This document shows positions 18,701 to 25,728 of a stretch of 64,000 nucleotides of DNA, piece by piece. The stretch comes from Polyangiales bacterium. GTDB taxonomy: Bacteria; Myxococcota_A; Polyangia; Polyangiales; Houyiibacteriaceae. A program made the translations under genes and the position numbers. The notes beneath the pieces were generated by a model that had not been told where the DNA came from, did no database searches, and saw only the letters and a list, made by a program, of their open reading frames with translations. The DNA lies in NCBI GenBank assembly GCA_041576815.1, contig JBFGKE010000018.1, positions 50 through 64,049 of the forward strand, read 5' to 3'. How positions within the stretch are numbered: the first letter of the stretch is position 1; every line of letters starts with the position of its first letter.

Positions 18701-19162
18701 GGCGGCCATCGCGTGCTCGTGTTCAGTCAGTTCGTCGAGATGCTCAACCACATTCGCGCAGCCCTCGACGCCGCCGAAGTGACGTACGAGTACCTCGACG
18801 GGTCGACGAGGGATCGGATCGAGCGCGTCGACCGCTTCAACAACGATTCGGACATTCCGGTTTTCTTGATCTCGCTCAAGGCGGGCGGCACGGGCCTCAA
18901 CCTGGTTGGCGCCGACACGGTCGTCCACTTCGACCCCTGGTGGAACCCTGCCGTCGAAGACCAAGCCACCGACCGCGCGCATCGCATCGGTCAAACCAAG
19001 AACGTGAACGTCTACAAGCTGATCGCCGAAGGTACCGTCGAAGAAAAAATCCTCGAGCTATCCGCCAAGAAGCGAGAGCTGGTCAGCAACGTCCTGTCCA
19101 CCGAAGGCAGCCCCCTCAAGGGCCTCACCAAAGCCGACGTAGAAAACCTCTTCAGCGAATAA
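15704..19162 (+). CDS. SNF2-family ATPase with an N-terminal SWIM zinc finger
   Basis: SWIM motif CTCPGWRGPTGHCKHV. SNF2 motifs ADDMGLGKTIQT, ILDEAQHIKN, LTGTPIENRL. Helicase-C motifs LISLKAGGTGLNL and QATDRAHRIGQ. Confidence 0.85.
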   Translation: MADTALQESVEEEPAGAAKATPADGSAAADASRGAVPAEEAPTWREPTTSVAKKLASMSDRAIQRVTGGNAFLRGRLYARRKAVENLQEDEHSVSGEISVRTADEPYRTKMTYTEDGDSWESSCTCPGWRGPTGHCKHVAAVMVALRDEVRPPRAKGPQQQQSKKKKKTEPVHVPGTVSVGGKRRRSRRRRRGGGGNDAGALEILSPRELQAQRGEARGPMDAWLPAEALAKPLEFEYRMTVRPASITVTPVLAGSRSAVPINDALGAFNMVSIDERPLFRALARNTNRGQATTAELRGEDAAEVLEMLSDRRVLLEPASMELRFANEALKPRIELDPANGDSLRVRVVFYLQSNGRRFALSSGAWFEGTPGWQIDTTEGVARPVSELVTPAWLQRLYRSPAMVQSHDDLPVLLSEYIPKVSASLGADLPDLSSVADLVDQKPLFELKANGDIIDARVRLYVRYEDQEFDVPPADIPSPLAVLPPKNGGGRPRVVRRDVGAEMAGVQALLNQNFEVSESGDELVASGDDAIAFWTTGIGELPEDWDRFIPDDLVDVTIRDESVTPQMRVSSGVDWLNLDMAFTSGGAAVREEELRACLEHGRRLVQLEDGTYAPVDPDRVGDVLTRMAEIYAMAGMKDKLPLSQAGRVQDLLKMVENAKVSESAKSLFAKIEDIDEVPSVPKPRGVKAELRPYQKDGFSWLVFLHELNSGGILADDMGLGKTIQTIALLVWAKGKYKRKLNLVVAPTSVVPNWEREIHKFAPGLKTVVWQGPNRSQRAQELEKADVMITSYALLRRDEELLQALDLRYVILDEAQHIKNPMSQTARSAKKLASERRLALTGTPIENRLSELWSIFDFVSPGLLGQLKQFEERVARPIDRGDMETAERLRATIKPFVMRRVKADVAEDLPDKIEQEMIVPLAEEQAKLYKQVLRQVRKSVLSEVEKQGVSKAQIQILAALTRLRQVACDPRLMKLPDTDFEADDSGKLGALLEIVDEAVDGGHRVLVFSQFVEMLNHIRAALDAAEVTYEYLDGSTRDRIERVDRFNNDSDIPVFLISLKAGGTGLNLVGADTVVHFDPWWNPAVEDQATDRAHRIGQTKNVNVYKLIAEGTVEEKILELSAKKRELVSNVLSTEGSPLKGLTKADVENLFSE

Positions 19163-19181
19163 AAGGGGACTGTCCCCTTTT
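19161..19181. terminator. Palindromic hairpin AAAAGGGGACTGTCCCCTTTT (copy 2), bridging two convergent stop codons
   Basis: 8-bp stem AAAAGGGG/CCCCTTTT with loop ACTGT. It begins inside the TAA of the SNF2 gene (19160..19162) and ends inside the TTA (stop) of the minus-strand GGDEF gene (19181..19183). Confidence 0.65.
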
Positions 19182-19687
19182 TACTCGTGGGGGGCGATGC
19201 TGACGTGGCCGCGGCCGTGGGTTTTGGCGTCGACGGCTGCGCTCTCGGCGTCTTCGAGGAGGAGGCGCCACTCGCCGCTTTGGCGGGGGGACAGGCTGAT
19301 GCCGACGCTCGCGCTCAGGCTGAAGCGTGTGCCGGCGATTGCGATCGGGCGCTGGAGCCTCTCGATGAGGTCGCGCGCGAGCTGCTCGGCGCGGCCCACG
19401 TTTTCCATCCCGAGCACCAGCACGGCAAACTCGCTGGTTCCGCTTCGCGCCATGAGGTCGCGCTCCTCGAGCTTGCCGCGAATACGGGACGTCACCTCAT
19501 ACAAAAGCAGATCGCCCACGTGTGCTCCGTAGCGCTTACTCACGCCGGAGAAGCCGTCGAGCTCGATCAGCAAGAGCGCGAACGGAAGGCCTGCACGGCA
19601 CCGCGTCTGCACGAGTCGTTCGAGCTCGCGTCGTGGATGGTTGTCCAGCAGGTCGTCCGTGTCGTACATGGCGGCGGCTCTCTTCAT
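19181..19687 (-). CDS. Stand-alone GGDEF-domain protein with a degenerate active-site motif
   Basis: LLIELDGFSGVSKRYGAHVGDLLL, ...ARSGTSEFAVLV (SGTSEF in place of GG[DE]EF), SASVGISL, DAESAAVDAKTHGRGHV. Confidence 0.7.
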   Translation of the reverse strand: MKRAAAMYDTDDLLDNHPRRELERLVQTRCRAGLPFALLLIELDGFSGVSKRYGAHVGDLLLYEVTSRIRGKLEERDLMARSGTSEFAVLVLGMENVGRAEQLARDLIERLQRPIAIAGTRFSLSASVGISLSPRQSGEWRLLLEDAESAAVDAKTHGRGHVSIAPHE

Positions 19688-19804
19688 GGTACGGGGGTCA
19701 TGCCTATCCTGCCAACCTGTAACGGTGGCCGGAACCCGCTGCGGGTCCTCGAGCTTGGCAGCGCGGTCGCCGTAGAACTGTTTTCCGGGGGCTCCAGGGC
19801 AGTG

Positions 19805-19846
19805 TCAGCGACAGCGACAGCGTCAGCGTCCGTGTCAGCGACCGCG
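19805..19846. repeat. Imperfect tandem hexamer repeat (WCAGCG-like, about 7 units)
   Basis: tcagcg acagcg acagcg tcagcg tccgtg tcagcg accgcg. It spans the stop codon (19835..19837) of the cytochrome c gene. Confidence 0.6.
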
Positions 19847-20218
19847 CAGAATCTTCTCGCGTCTGGCCAGGGGATCTCTCAGCGGTTTCCGTCTCAGCCG
19901 TCCCACCTCCTCGGCGGTGTAGCGTGGCGCCGGCGCGGTGCCCGTGAATCGCTCGACTAGCCAGTTCATGAGGGCGGCGAGACGCGCGTTCGACAGCGGC
20001 GCCTGTGCGGCGCCCGGAATTCGAATCCAGTACGTGCGAGCTTCCGGGTTTCCTGCGAGGTCGCGCATGTTTGGCAGCGCAGGCACGGTGCTCGAGCCGC
20101 TTCCATCGATTCGATGACAGCCTGCGCAGTTCAGGATGTAGTCGTGCTCGACGAGCGAATCGGCGCGCGCTGGAAGCGCAGCGGCGCAGCACAGTAGCGT
20201 GAGCAGGCCGGCCTTCAT
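19835..20218 (-). CDS. Periplasmic monohaem c-type cytochrome
   Basis: Signal peptide MKAGLLTLLCCAAALPARA. Single CAGCH haem-binding motif. The start overlaps the mauA stop (ATGA). Confidence 0.8.
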   Translation of the reverse strand: MKAGLLTLLCCAAALPARADSLVEHDYILNCAGCHRIDGSGSSTVPALPNMRDLAGNPEARTYWIRIPGAAQAPLSNARLAALMNWLVERFTGTAPAPRYTAEEVGRLRRKPLRDPLARREKILRGR

Positions 20219-20754
20219 TTCTCCGGCTGCGCCTCGTCGGCGACTTTGACCAGAACGGCCGTAGAGCAGCTATAGGTCTGCGACTTCGTGCCGCTGCACC
20301 AGTTGAGATCGTTGTTGCGGTACCAGTGATAGAGCGGCCGCTCGCCCTCGTTGCGGTTGCACATGCATCGCCCGCAGAACGTTCGTCCGCAGCAGTCGTT
20401 GTACGAAATGATGTAGTCCTTGCCGTCTGCTGGGTTTCGGCACGTCCCGATCCAGGTCACCGGAGACATCTCCGTGCCTGGCGGGCACGCGAGGTGCGAT
20501 CCGCCGCAGCAGCTGCAGAGAAACCCGTCGATGGCGCAGTGGCGCCAATATTCGCAGCGCGCCGGGTCGCCTTCACGCCCTCGGACCCCGTCGGCACCGA
20601 CCATGTTTTCGTCCGCCGCGCGCGCGACTGGCAGCAGGGGCAGCGCGGCGCCGCCCACGAGCACGCCGCCGAATCGCGACAGCCAGTGCCGTCGCGACAG
20701 CCGCCGGGCCGACTGACGGGTCATGCCCTCGAACCACCGGTCGAGCCGACTCAT
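20215..20754 (-). CDS. mauA: TTQ-dependent amine dehydrogenase light (small) subunit, MauA/AauA family
   Basis: Tat leader SRRHWLSRFGG. By eye, CEYWRHCAIDGFLCSCCGGSHLACPPGT...SPVTWIGTCRNP...YNDCCG...NDLNWCSG aligns with methylamine dehydrogenase beta subunits, including both TTQ tryptophans. The true start is the ATG at 20754 inside ORF 20215..21315. Confidence 0.9.
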   Translation of the reverse strand: MSRLDRWFEGMTRQSARRLSRRHWLSRFGGVLVGGAALPLLPVARAADENMVGADGVRGREGDPARCEYWRHCAIDGFLCSCCGGSHLACPPGTEMSPVTWIGTCRNPADGKDYIISYNDCCGRTFCGRCMCNRNEGERPLYHWYRNNDLNWCSGTKSQTYSCSTAVLVKVADEAQPEK

Positions 20755-21350
20755 TGGCTTCTCCCCCCGAAGTAGTCCTGGATCGAAGCGACGCCGAGCC
20801 GCTGCGCTTCGAACAGGCTCTCTAGGTGCTCGCGCGTGTTGACCAACCCCTGGGCGACCACGATTCCGCGCTCGTCGATCAACACGGCGTACGGCAGCTT
20901 GCCGACACCATACGCGATGCCGAGCGGCTGAGAGAGCACGTACGGCAAGTGAGCAAGCCGTTTGTCGGTCACGAACTGGCGGTGCTCTTTCAGCGCGCCG
21001 TCGCTTGCAAGCACGACGCGAACGCGGGGCACCTCGGTCTTCGCGACGCGCTGCACGGTTGGAAGGAGCTCGTCGCAGACGGGACAAGTCGGTGACAAGA
21101 AGAACAACAGCGTGCGGCTTTGGTCCTCGGACGGGCCGCCGACCTGAACGGGCCGGTTGTGAATGTCGATCAGCGCGAGCTCGGGTGCGGGGTCGCCGAC
21201 TTGGACTTTGGCCCTCGGCGCAAGCGCGCCGACGGGCGAAATCCGTTCGTGTAGCAGCCCGATCTGGCGCGCGAGGGCGACCACCGTCACGGCGAGGCCG
21301 ATGACCAGCAGCCACAGCACGATATTCGAAATGACGAGCGCGTCGATCAT
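20751..21350 (-). CDS. mauD: MauD-type thioredoxin-fold accessory protein
   Basis: N-terminal TM segment, CPVC motif (FFLSPTCPVCDELLP), and position between mauE and mauA. ATG at 21350 inside ORF 20751..21578. Confidence 0.85.
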   Translation of the reverse strand: MIDALVISNIVLWLLVIGLAVTVVALARQIGLLHERISPVGALAPRAKVQVGDPAPELALIDIHNRPVQVGGPSEDQSRTLLFFLSPTCPVCDELLPTVQRVAKTEVPRVRVVLASDGALKEHRQFVTDKRLAHLPYVLSQPLGIAYGVGKLPYAVLIDERGIVVAQGLVNTREHLESLFEAQRLGVASIQDYFGGRSQ

Positions 21351-21886
21351 GGCGTGCCTCCGAGCCTCGTGAGCAAAGGCCCCGTGTGCGCCAGCCGCCG
21401 TCCTGCGGCCCACAGGAGCGATAGCGTGACGAGGGTCGCCACGACGGTCAACGCGTCGACCCACACGAGTGACCTCGGCCGGATGGGAAGGGCAACGACC
21501 AGGGCGGCGAGGAACAAGCCGGCATTGCGGACCAGGAGCCAGTTGCTCAGCGGCACCTTGACCGATGAAGCGAAGCACCCGCAGTCGATGTCGCGGCGGC
21601 CGAGCGCGAGATTCGCCGCGATCGCGAACGTGTAGAGGGCAATGAGAGCGAGCGCGGTCAACGCGGCGGCTTCACGTGCGGGGGCATGGAAGAGCGCAAG
21701 CGCGACCGAAGCCTCAGCGATTGACAAGACCCAGGCGATTCGGCCAACCCAGCGCGTCGGCAAGAGACGATATGCGCGCACGCTTGAAACGAAGCCGCTG
21801 AGATCGCGGAGCTTGTGCCATGCAGCGGCGGCAAAGAGAAGCCCAAGCGCCCACCGAAGCGACAGCGACATCACGGGGTCGATCAT
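21347..21886 (-). CDS. mauE: MauE-type integral membrane accessory protein
   Basis: About 180 aa with 4-5 hydrophobic helices, a CGC motif (RRDIDCGCF), and position between mauB and mauD. 4-nt overlaps on both sides. Confidence 0.8.
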   Translation of the reverse strand: MIDPVMSLSLRWALGLLFAAAAWHKLRDLSGFVSSVRAYRLLPTRWVGRIAWVLSIAEASVALALFHAPAREAAALTALALIALYTFAIAANLALGRRDIDCGCFASSVKVPLSNWLLVRNAGLFLAALVVALPIRPRSLVWVDALTVVATLVTLSLLWAAGRRLAHTGPLLTRLGGTP

Positions 21887-23118
21887 GGCACCACCAAGAG
21901 CGCGCCGGAGAGGCCGGTATCGCCGATCTCGCGCAGGTGCTCGCCGGTCATGGCATCGAGCACACCCACGGCGCCGAGGTCGGCGTGTCGTACGAAGAGG
22001 AGGGGACTGTCGTCCTGGGTGACCGCGATGCTGTGCACGCCCATGTTGGGGAGCACGAAGCTCAGGATCTTTCCCATCGTGCCAGTGGCGTCGAACCCGG
22101 CCTGCGGGCCGAGGAAAGCCGCGATCAGGTTGGGTGCATCAAACGTGTCGATCTTCGTTCGAGACGAGATGTCGTAGACCCAGATCTCGGTGCCCGGGTC
22201 TTTGTGCGAACCGGGCCCGCCCCGATGCACGATCGAATACAAGCGCTTGGTGCCGCGATGGTAGGCGAGATGCTGTGCGCCGCCGATGCGCCATCCGTCC
22301 TCGATCTCGTCGTCCGTGAAAAGCGGCCACGGCGGCTTCGGGGAGGGCGCGTCGGTGCTGAAGTCGACTTCGTGCAGGAGGCCTTCGAACGACGCGAACC
22401 ACCACGTAGCGCCGTCGCGCACGCCTTTTTCGGTGACCGGGTCTTTCACCACGTCGAAGAAGCGCTGGCTTCGGGCGATTCGATCGAGCTCGCCCGTGTT
22501 CTTCAAATGGACCGTCATGGCCGTCCCGTCGCCACAAAGCATTCCAAAGCGCGTTGGACCCGCTGGAAACACGGCCGCGCAACCGGCGGTTTGGACCTCC
22601 GCGGTCGCACGCCTTGCCTCGATGTCGACGATCGACACCGACGCGCCGGGGGAATGATTCATCACCGCCAGGAATCGGTCCCCGTCGAGCAGTCCGACGA
22701 GTGCGATGCCGGTGCTCGTGTCTGCCGCTTTGGGCGCGACCTCGATCTCGGCTTTGAAGTCGAGCGTGCGAGAATCGTAGATCACGGCGAAGTCTTGCCG
22801 CGTGCCGCGATGGCCGCGCGTGTAGATCGTATCGACGCTGTAGATCTCGTTCCGCGCGCGTGACCATATCGGCGGCTTGGGCGTGATCTGCACGCCGCTG
22901 TCGATCGCACCGAGCATGCGGCCGCTATCGCCATCGAGTAGGATCGAGTGCCGTAGCACCCTGTCGGGCACCCACACCCAGTGGTTGCCTGCCGCGTCGG
23001 GCAAGCGGGCAACCTGCCCGACCTGCTCGGGCGGGAGCTCGGCGCGGGCCCCCAGTGCGACGGAGCAGAGGCAGGCGGCAAACCCGACCGCAGCAAGCAG
23101 GGTCGCCCGGCTGAACAT
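21883..23118 (-). CDS. mauB: TTQ-dependent amine dehydrogenase heavy (large) subunit, MauB/AauB family (beta-propeller)
   Basis: Signal peptide MFSRATLLAAVGFAACLCSVALGARA. Length, position and overall sequence pattern are consistent with MADH/AADH heavy chains. ATG at 23118 within ORF 21883..23157. Confidence 0.85.
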   Translation of the reverse strand: MFSRATLLAAVGFAACLCSVALGARAELPPEQVGQVARLPDAAGNHWVWVPDRVLRHSILLDGDSGRMLGAIDSGVQITPKPPIWSRARNEIYSVDTIYTRGHRGTRQDFAVIYDSRTLDFKAEIEVAPKAADTSTGIALVGLLDGDRFLAVMNHSPGASVSIVDIEARRATAEVQTAGCAAVFPAGPTRFGMLCGDGTAMTVHLKNTGELDRIARSQRFFDVVKDPVTEKGVRDGATWWFASFEGLLHEVDFSTDAPSPKPPWPLFTDDEIEDGWRIGGAQHLAYHRGTKRLYSIVHRGGPGSHKDPGTEIWVYDISSRTKIDTFDAPNLIAAFLGPQAGFDATGTMGKILSFVLPNMGVHSIAVTQDDSPLLFVRHADLGAVGVLDAMTGEHLREIGDTGLSGALLVVP

Positions 23119-23172
23119 GATGGGGTGGTACCCGAAATGCGGCCCCGCTGGCAACACCGCTAGGTAGCTTCT

Positions 23173-23508
23173 TCAACCCTTTGAAAAAGGGGACTGTCCC
23201 CTTTTTTGGTCGCGGCGGAACTCCAGGCATTGGGGGCTGCCTTTTTCGAAGTCGCGGCAGGTGGTTCCGCGGATGTCGTAGATGCGGCAGGCGTTTGGGT
23301 TTTCGGGGGAGCCCAGGTGCACGCAGGAGCCGTCCAGTCGGGTCGCGAAGGCCACCATGCCGAAGTGGCCCGGCTGCACGGCCTCCGCGACGTCGTTTCG
23401 GCCCATGTCGCGCCAGCGCGTGAGATCCTCGGGTGGGATCAGGATGCGCCCGTCCGTACCGGTGCGGCAGCAGGCGCCGCAGGTCAGACAGTCGAGCTCT
23501 GATTCCAT
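23173..23508 (-). CDS. YkgJ-family cysteine-cluster protein (CxxCxxCC)
   Basis: MESELDCLTCGACCRTG...CVHLG...CRIYDIRGTTCRDF. ATG at 23508 inside ORF 23173..23796. The last 10 codons are encoded by palindrome copy 3. Confidence 0.65.
   Translation of the reverse strand: MESELDCLTCGACCRTGTDGRILIPPEDLTRWRDMGRNDVAEAVQPGHFGMVAFATRLDGSCVHLGSPENPNACRIYDIRGTTCRDFEKGSPQCLEFRRDQKRGQSPFSKG
23184..23206. terminator. Palindromic hairpin AAAAAGGGGACTGTCCCCTTTTT (copy 3), lying inside the 3' end of the ykgJ-like CDS
   Basis: 9-bp stem with loop ACTGT. On the minus strand it encodes ...KRGQSPFSKG. Confidence 0.55.
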
Positions 23509-23584
23509 CGAGGGCGAGTATGAGCCGGTGCGAGCGGAACGCACGTGGTGGACTTTGCAACGGTAGCGTGATCTAGTGAGCGCC

Positions 23585-24079
23585 ATGTGGAAAGCGTTCA
23601 TCGCCGCGGGGTTGTTGCTGTGCGGTTGCAAGGGCGATCGAGACCGGGCCAAGGTCGTGCTGCCGCAGGTCGAGCCCGACGCCGTGGTCGTGTCCTGGAG
23701 CGTAATCAGCCGAAGCGACGACCGGGACAGCATGAACGTCATCCTCGAAGGCAGCCGGGAGCTGATCGTGACGCGGCGCTCTGCGAAAGGGACCATGATC
23801 AGTGTCTCCCATCGCGTGTCGGAGGAGGACTATGCCGATCTCGTCCGCAGGCTGCGCTCCCTCGAGTGTTGCACGCTCGAGTCGACGACCCGAGATCGGC
23901 TCCGTCCGAGCGAAGCGAAGCCCCTCCTCGAGATCGACTTCGGTGACCTCGAGTGCGAGATCGAGCTGTGGGACGACGAGTGGCTGGAGGGGCGCGCGAA
24001 GGACTGCGGGTTTGCTTTTGCGCGGCTGCACAAGAGCGGCTTCGTGCCGGAGCCGCCGGTCGACGCGCCGCCGCCGTAG
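23585..24079 (+). CDS. Predicted lipoprotein, function unknown
   Basis: MWKAFIAAGLLLCGCKGD leader (ATG 23585; the ORF opens at GTG 23576). No recognisable domain. Confidence 0.5.
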   Translation: MWKAFIAAGLLLCGCKGDRDRAKVVLPQVEPDAVVVSWSVISRSDDRDSMNVILEGSRELIVTRRSAKGTMISVSHRVSEEDYADLVRRLRSLECCTLESTTRDRLRPSEAKPLLEIDFGDLECEIELWDDEWLEGRAKDCGFAFARLHKSGFVPEPPVDAPPP

Positions 24080-24096
24080 CCGTATGCTCGTGCGCC

Positions 24097-25719
24097 ATGG
24101 GGATGAGGCATTTCTGCGCGCACTGCGACCACGAATTCGTTCCAGAGGAGCCTGAGAGCAAGCCGCGATGTCCTCGATGCATGCGGCGGGGTGGCGTCGA
24201 GGCGGTCCCGGAGATACCCACCGAGACCGGGGGTCGAAGGCGCTGGGTCGTCGCCGTAGCGCTCCTCGCGATCGCAGCCGGGGTTGGATACGGCGTGTTC
24301 CGATCGACGGCCATCACCCTCGAGGAGACGCCGCCGCTCCGGCCGCTCGAGCCCAAAGAGCTGGTCGCCTATCTCGAGCGCGATCGGCTCGAGGTGGGCG
24401 CGTACAAATCGATGTGGATGCTGCCGGACGAGGTCGAAGGCTGGCCGTCCGCCGCGCCCGAGATCGCGGCCAAGCTGTCCGGCGAGATCGCCACCTGGTC
24501 CCTCGAGGGCCCGCTGCCACGCGAGGCGCTCACCGCAGCGCAGCTGATCGCGGCGCTCGATTCATCCGAAGAGCGCGTCCAAGCGTACCCGCTGGAGGTC
24601 GCGACGACGCTGACGGCCCTTCTCCGTGGGCAGGGGGTCCGGGCGATGGTGGCGGAGGCATGGGAGCTCGAAGGTGCTGGGTCGCCCGCCGATCCCTCCG
24701 GTCTCCTCGGATATTTCGTGACTGCCGTGTACGAGGGAGATGCCAGCGAGCCATCGTCCTATTTCGATCCGTGGGGTGGCGGACGAGTCGATCCCTCGAT
24801 GGTCCGCGTGCTTCGAGACACCGAGGTGCTCGCTGCCGTGCTCGGCACCGAAGCGATGCGGGTCTTCGCGCGCTCCGGAGATGGCAAGAAGGCGCTCCCT
24901 CTCGTGGAGACCGCGCTCCGACTCGATCCAGTTTCGCCCACGCTTCGCGGTGTCAACGCGACGGTGCTAGTCCAGTCAGGCGGCCTGCCGCAGGCGCTCC
25001 AAGAGCTCGAAGCCGCGCGTCAGCTTCGTGCCGACGGGCCTCGCCAGCTCAACCTCGTTCAGCTCCTGCTTGCACAGGCCGGTCTGCTTCGGATGAACGG
25101 CGAGGCGCGGGCCGCGGAAGCGCAGTTCAACGAGGGTCAGCGCATCGTGGGCGAGGTTCTCGAACGGTGGCCGCGCTACGGCCGCGCGCGCGTGATGCTG
25201 GCGACGATTCACCTCGGCCTCGGCGAGCCCGAACGAGCGCTCGTCGAGCTCGACGCGGCGGAGCGCCTGAGCCCGGATTCACCGATGCTTTGGACGATTT
25301 GGGCGCAGTACGATCTCGAGGAAGGGGATCCCATCGCAGCCGTCGGCAAGATGAAGCGCGCTCTCGCGCTCGATCCGGACAACTGGCAGCTGCTCGTGCA
25401 AGCGGCGCGTGTGTTCCAAGACGCCGGCGATGAGGCGCGCGCAGCCGAAACCGCCGCGGCAGCCGTGGCCCGCGTCCCCGCGACGAAGCGAGCTGAGGTT
25501 CAGCGGTTTCTCAATCAGGCGATGAACGTACAGGCGCGAGGTGTGCCCCCCGCGACTCGAGGCGATCTCGCAGGCCGTCTCCAGCTTCCTGATCCGACCG
25601 TCGCGGCGCCGCCGTCGACTCCGGGCGCGCCGGGCGAGCCAGGCTTGATTCTGGGCGATCCGTCGAATTTACGGCTGCGCGATCCCGACCAGACGTTGAG
25701 GCTCGATCTCGAGGAGTGA
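24097..25719 (+). CDS. Zinc-ribbon / single-TM / TPR-repeat protein
   Basis: The ATG at 24097 gives MGMRHFCAHCDHEF...PRCPRCM (CxxC...CxxC). TM segment WVVAVALLAIAAGVGYGVF. The C-terminal half shows TPR-like periodicity (ALRLDPVSP, AERLSPDSP, ALALDPDNW). Confidence 0.6.
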   Translation: MGMRHFCAHCDHEFVPEEPESKPRCPRCMRRGGVEAVPEIPTETGGRRRWVVAVALLAIAAGVGYGVFRSTAITLEETPPLRPLEPKELVAYLERDRLEVGAYKSMWMLPDEVEGWPSAAPEIAAKLSGEIATWSLEGPLPREALTAAQLIAALDSSEERVQAYPLEVATTLTALLRGQGVRAMVAEAWELEGAGSPADPSGLLGYFVTAVYEGDASEPSSYFDPWGGGRVDPSMVRVLRDTEVLAAVLGTEAMRVFARSGDGKKALPLVETALRLDPVSPTLRGVNATVLVQSGGLPQALQELEAARQLRADGPRQLNLVQLLLAQAGLLRMNGEARAAEAQFNEGQRIVGEVLERWPRYGRARVMLATIHLGLGEPERALVELDAAERLSPDSPMLWTIWAQYDLEEGDPIAAVGKMKRALALDPDNWQLLVQAARVFQDAGDEARAAETAAAAVARVPATKRAEVQRFLNQAMNVQARGVPPATRGDLAGRLQLPDPTVAAPPSTPGAPGEPGLILGDPSNLRLRDPDQTLRLDLEE

Positions 25720-25728
25720 GCGCACGTC

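Noticed and set aside
13110-19162. DISARM-like or other helicase-based defence system
   Set aside because: I see no adjacent methyltransferase, PLD nuclease, DUF1998 or other partner genes. The flanking genes are argA and a GGDEF gene. I kept it only as a low-interest alternative in the HelD/SNF2 finding.
19805-19846. CRISPR-like array
   Set aside because: The units are only 6 nt with no spacers, so this is a simple tandem repeat.
20755-21315. N-terminal 187-aa extension of the mauA ORF, with similar extensions of the mauD, mauB, SDR and DUF2520 ORFs
   Set aside because: The extensions overlap the well-supported upstream genes in another frame and are Arg/Pro-rich. The internal starts give canonical leaders and 4-nt overlaps.
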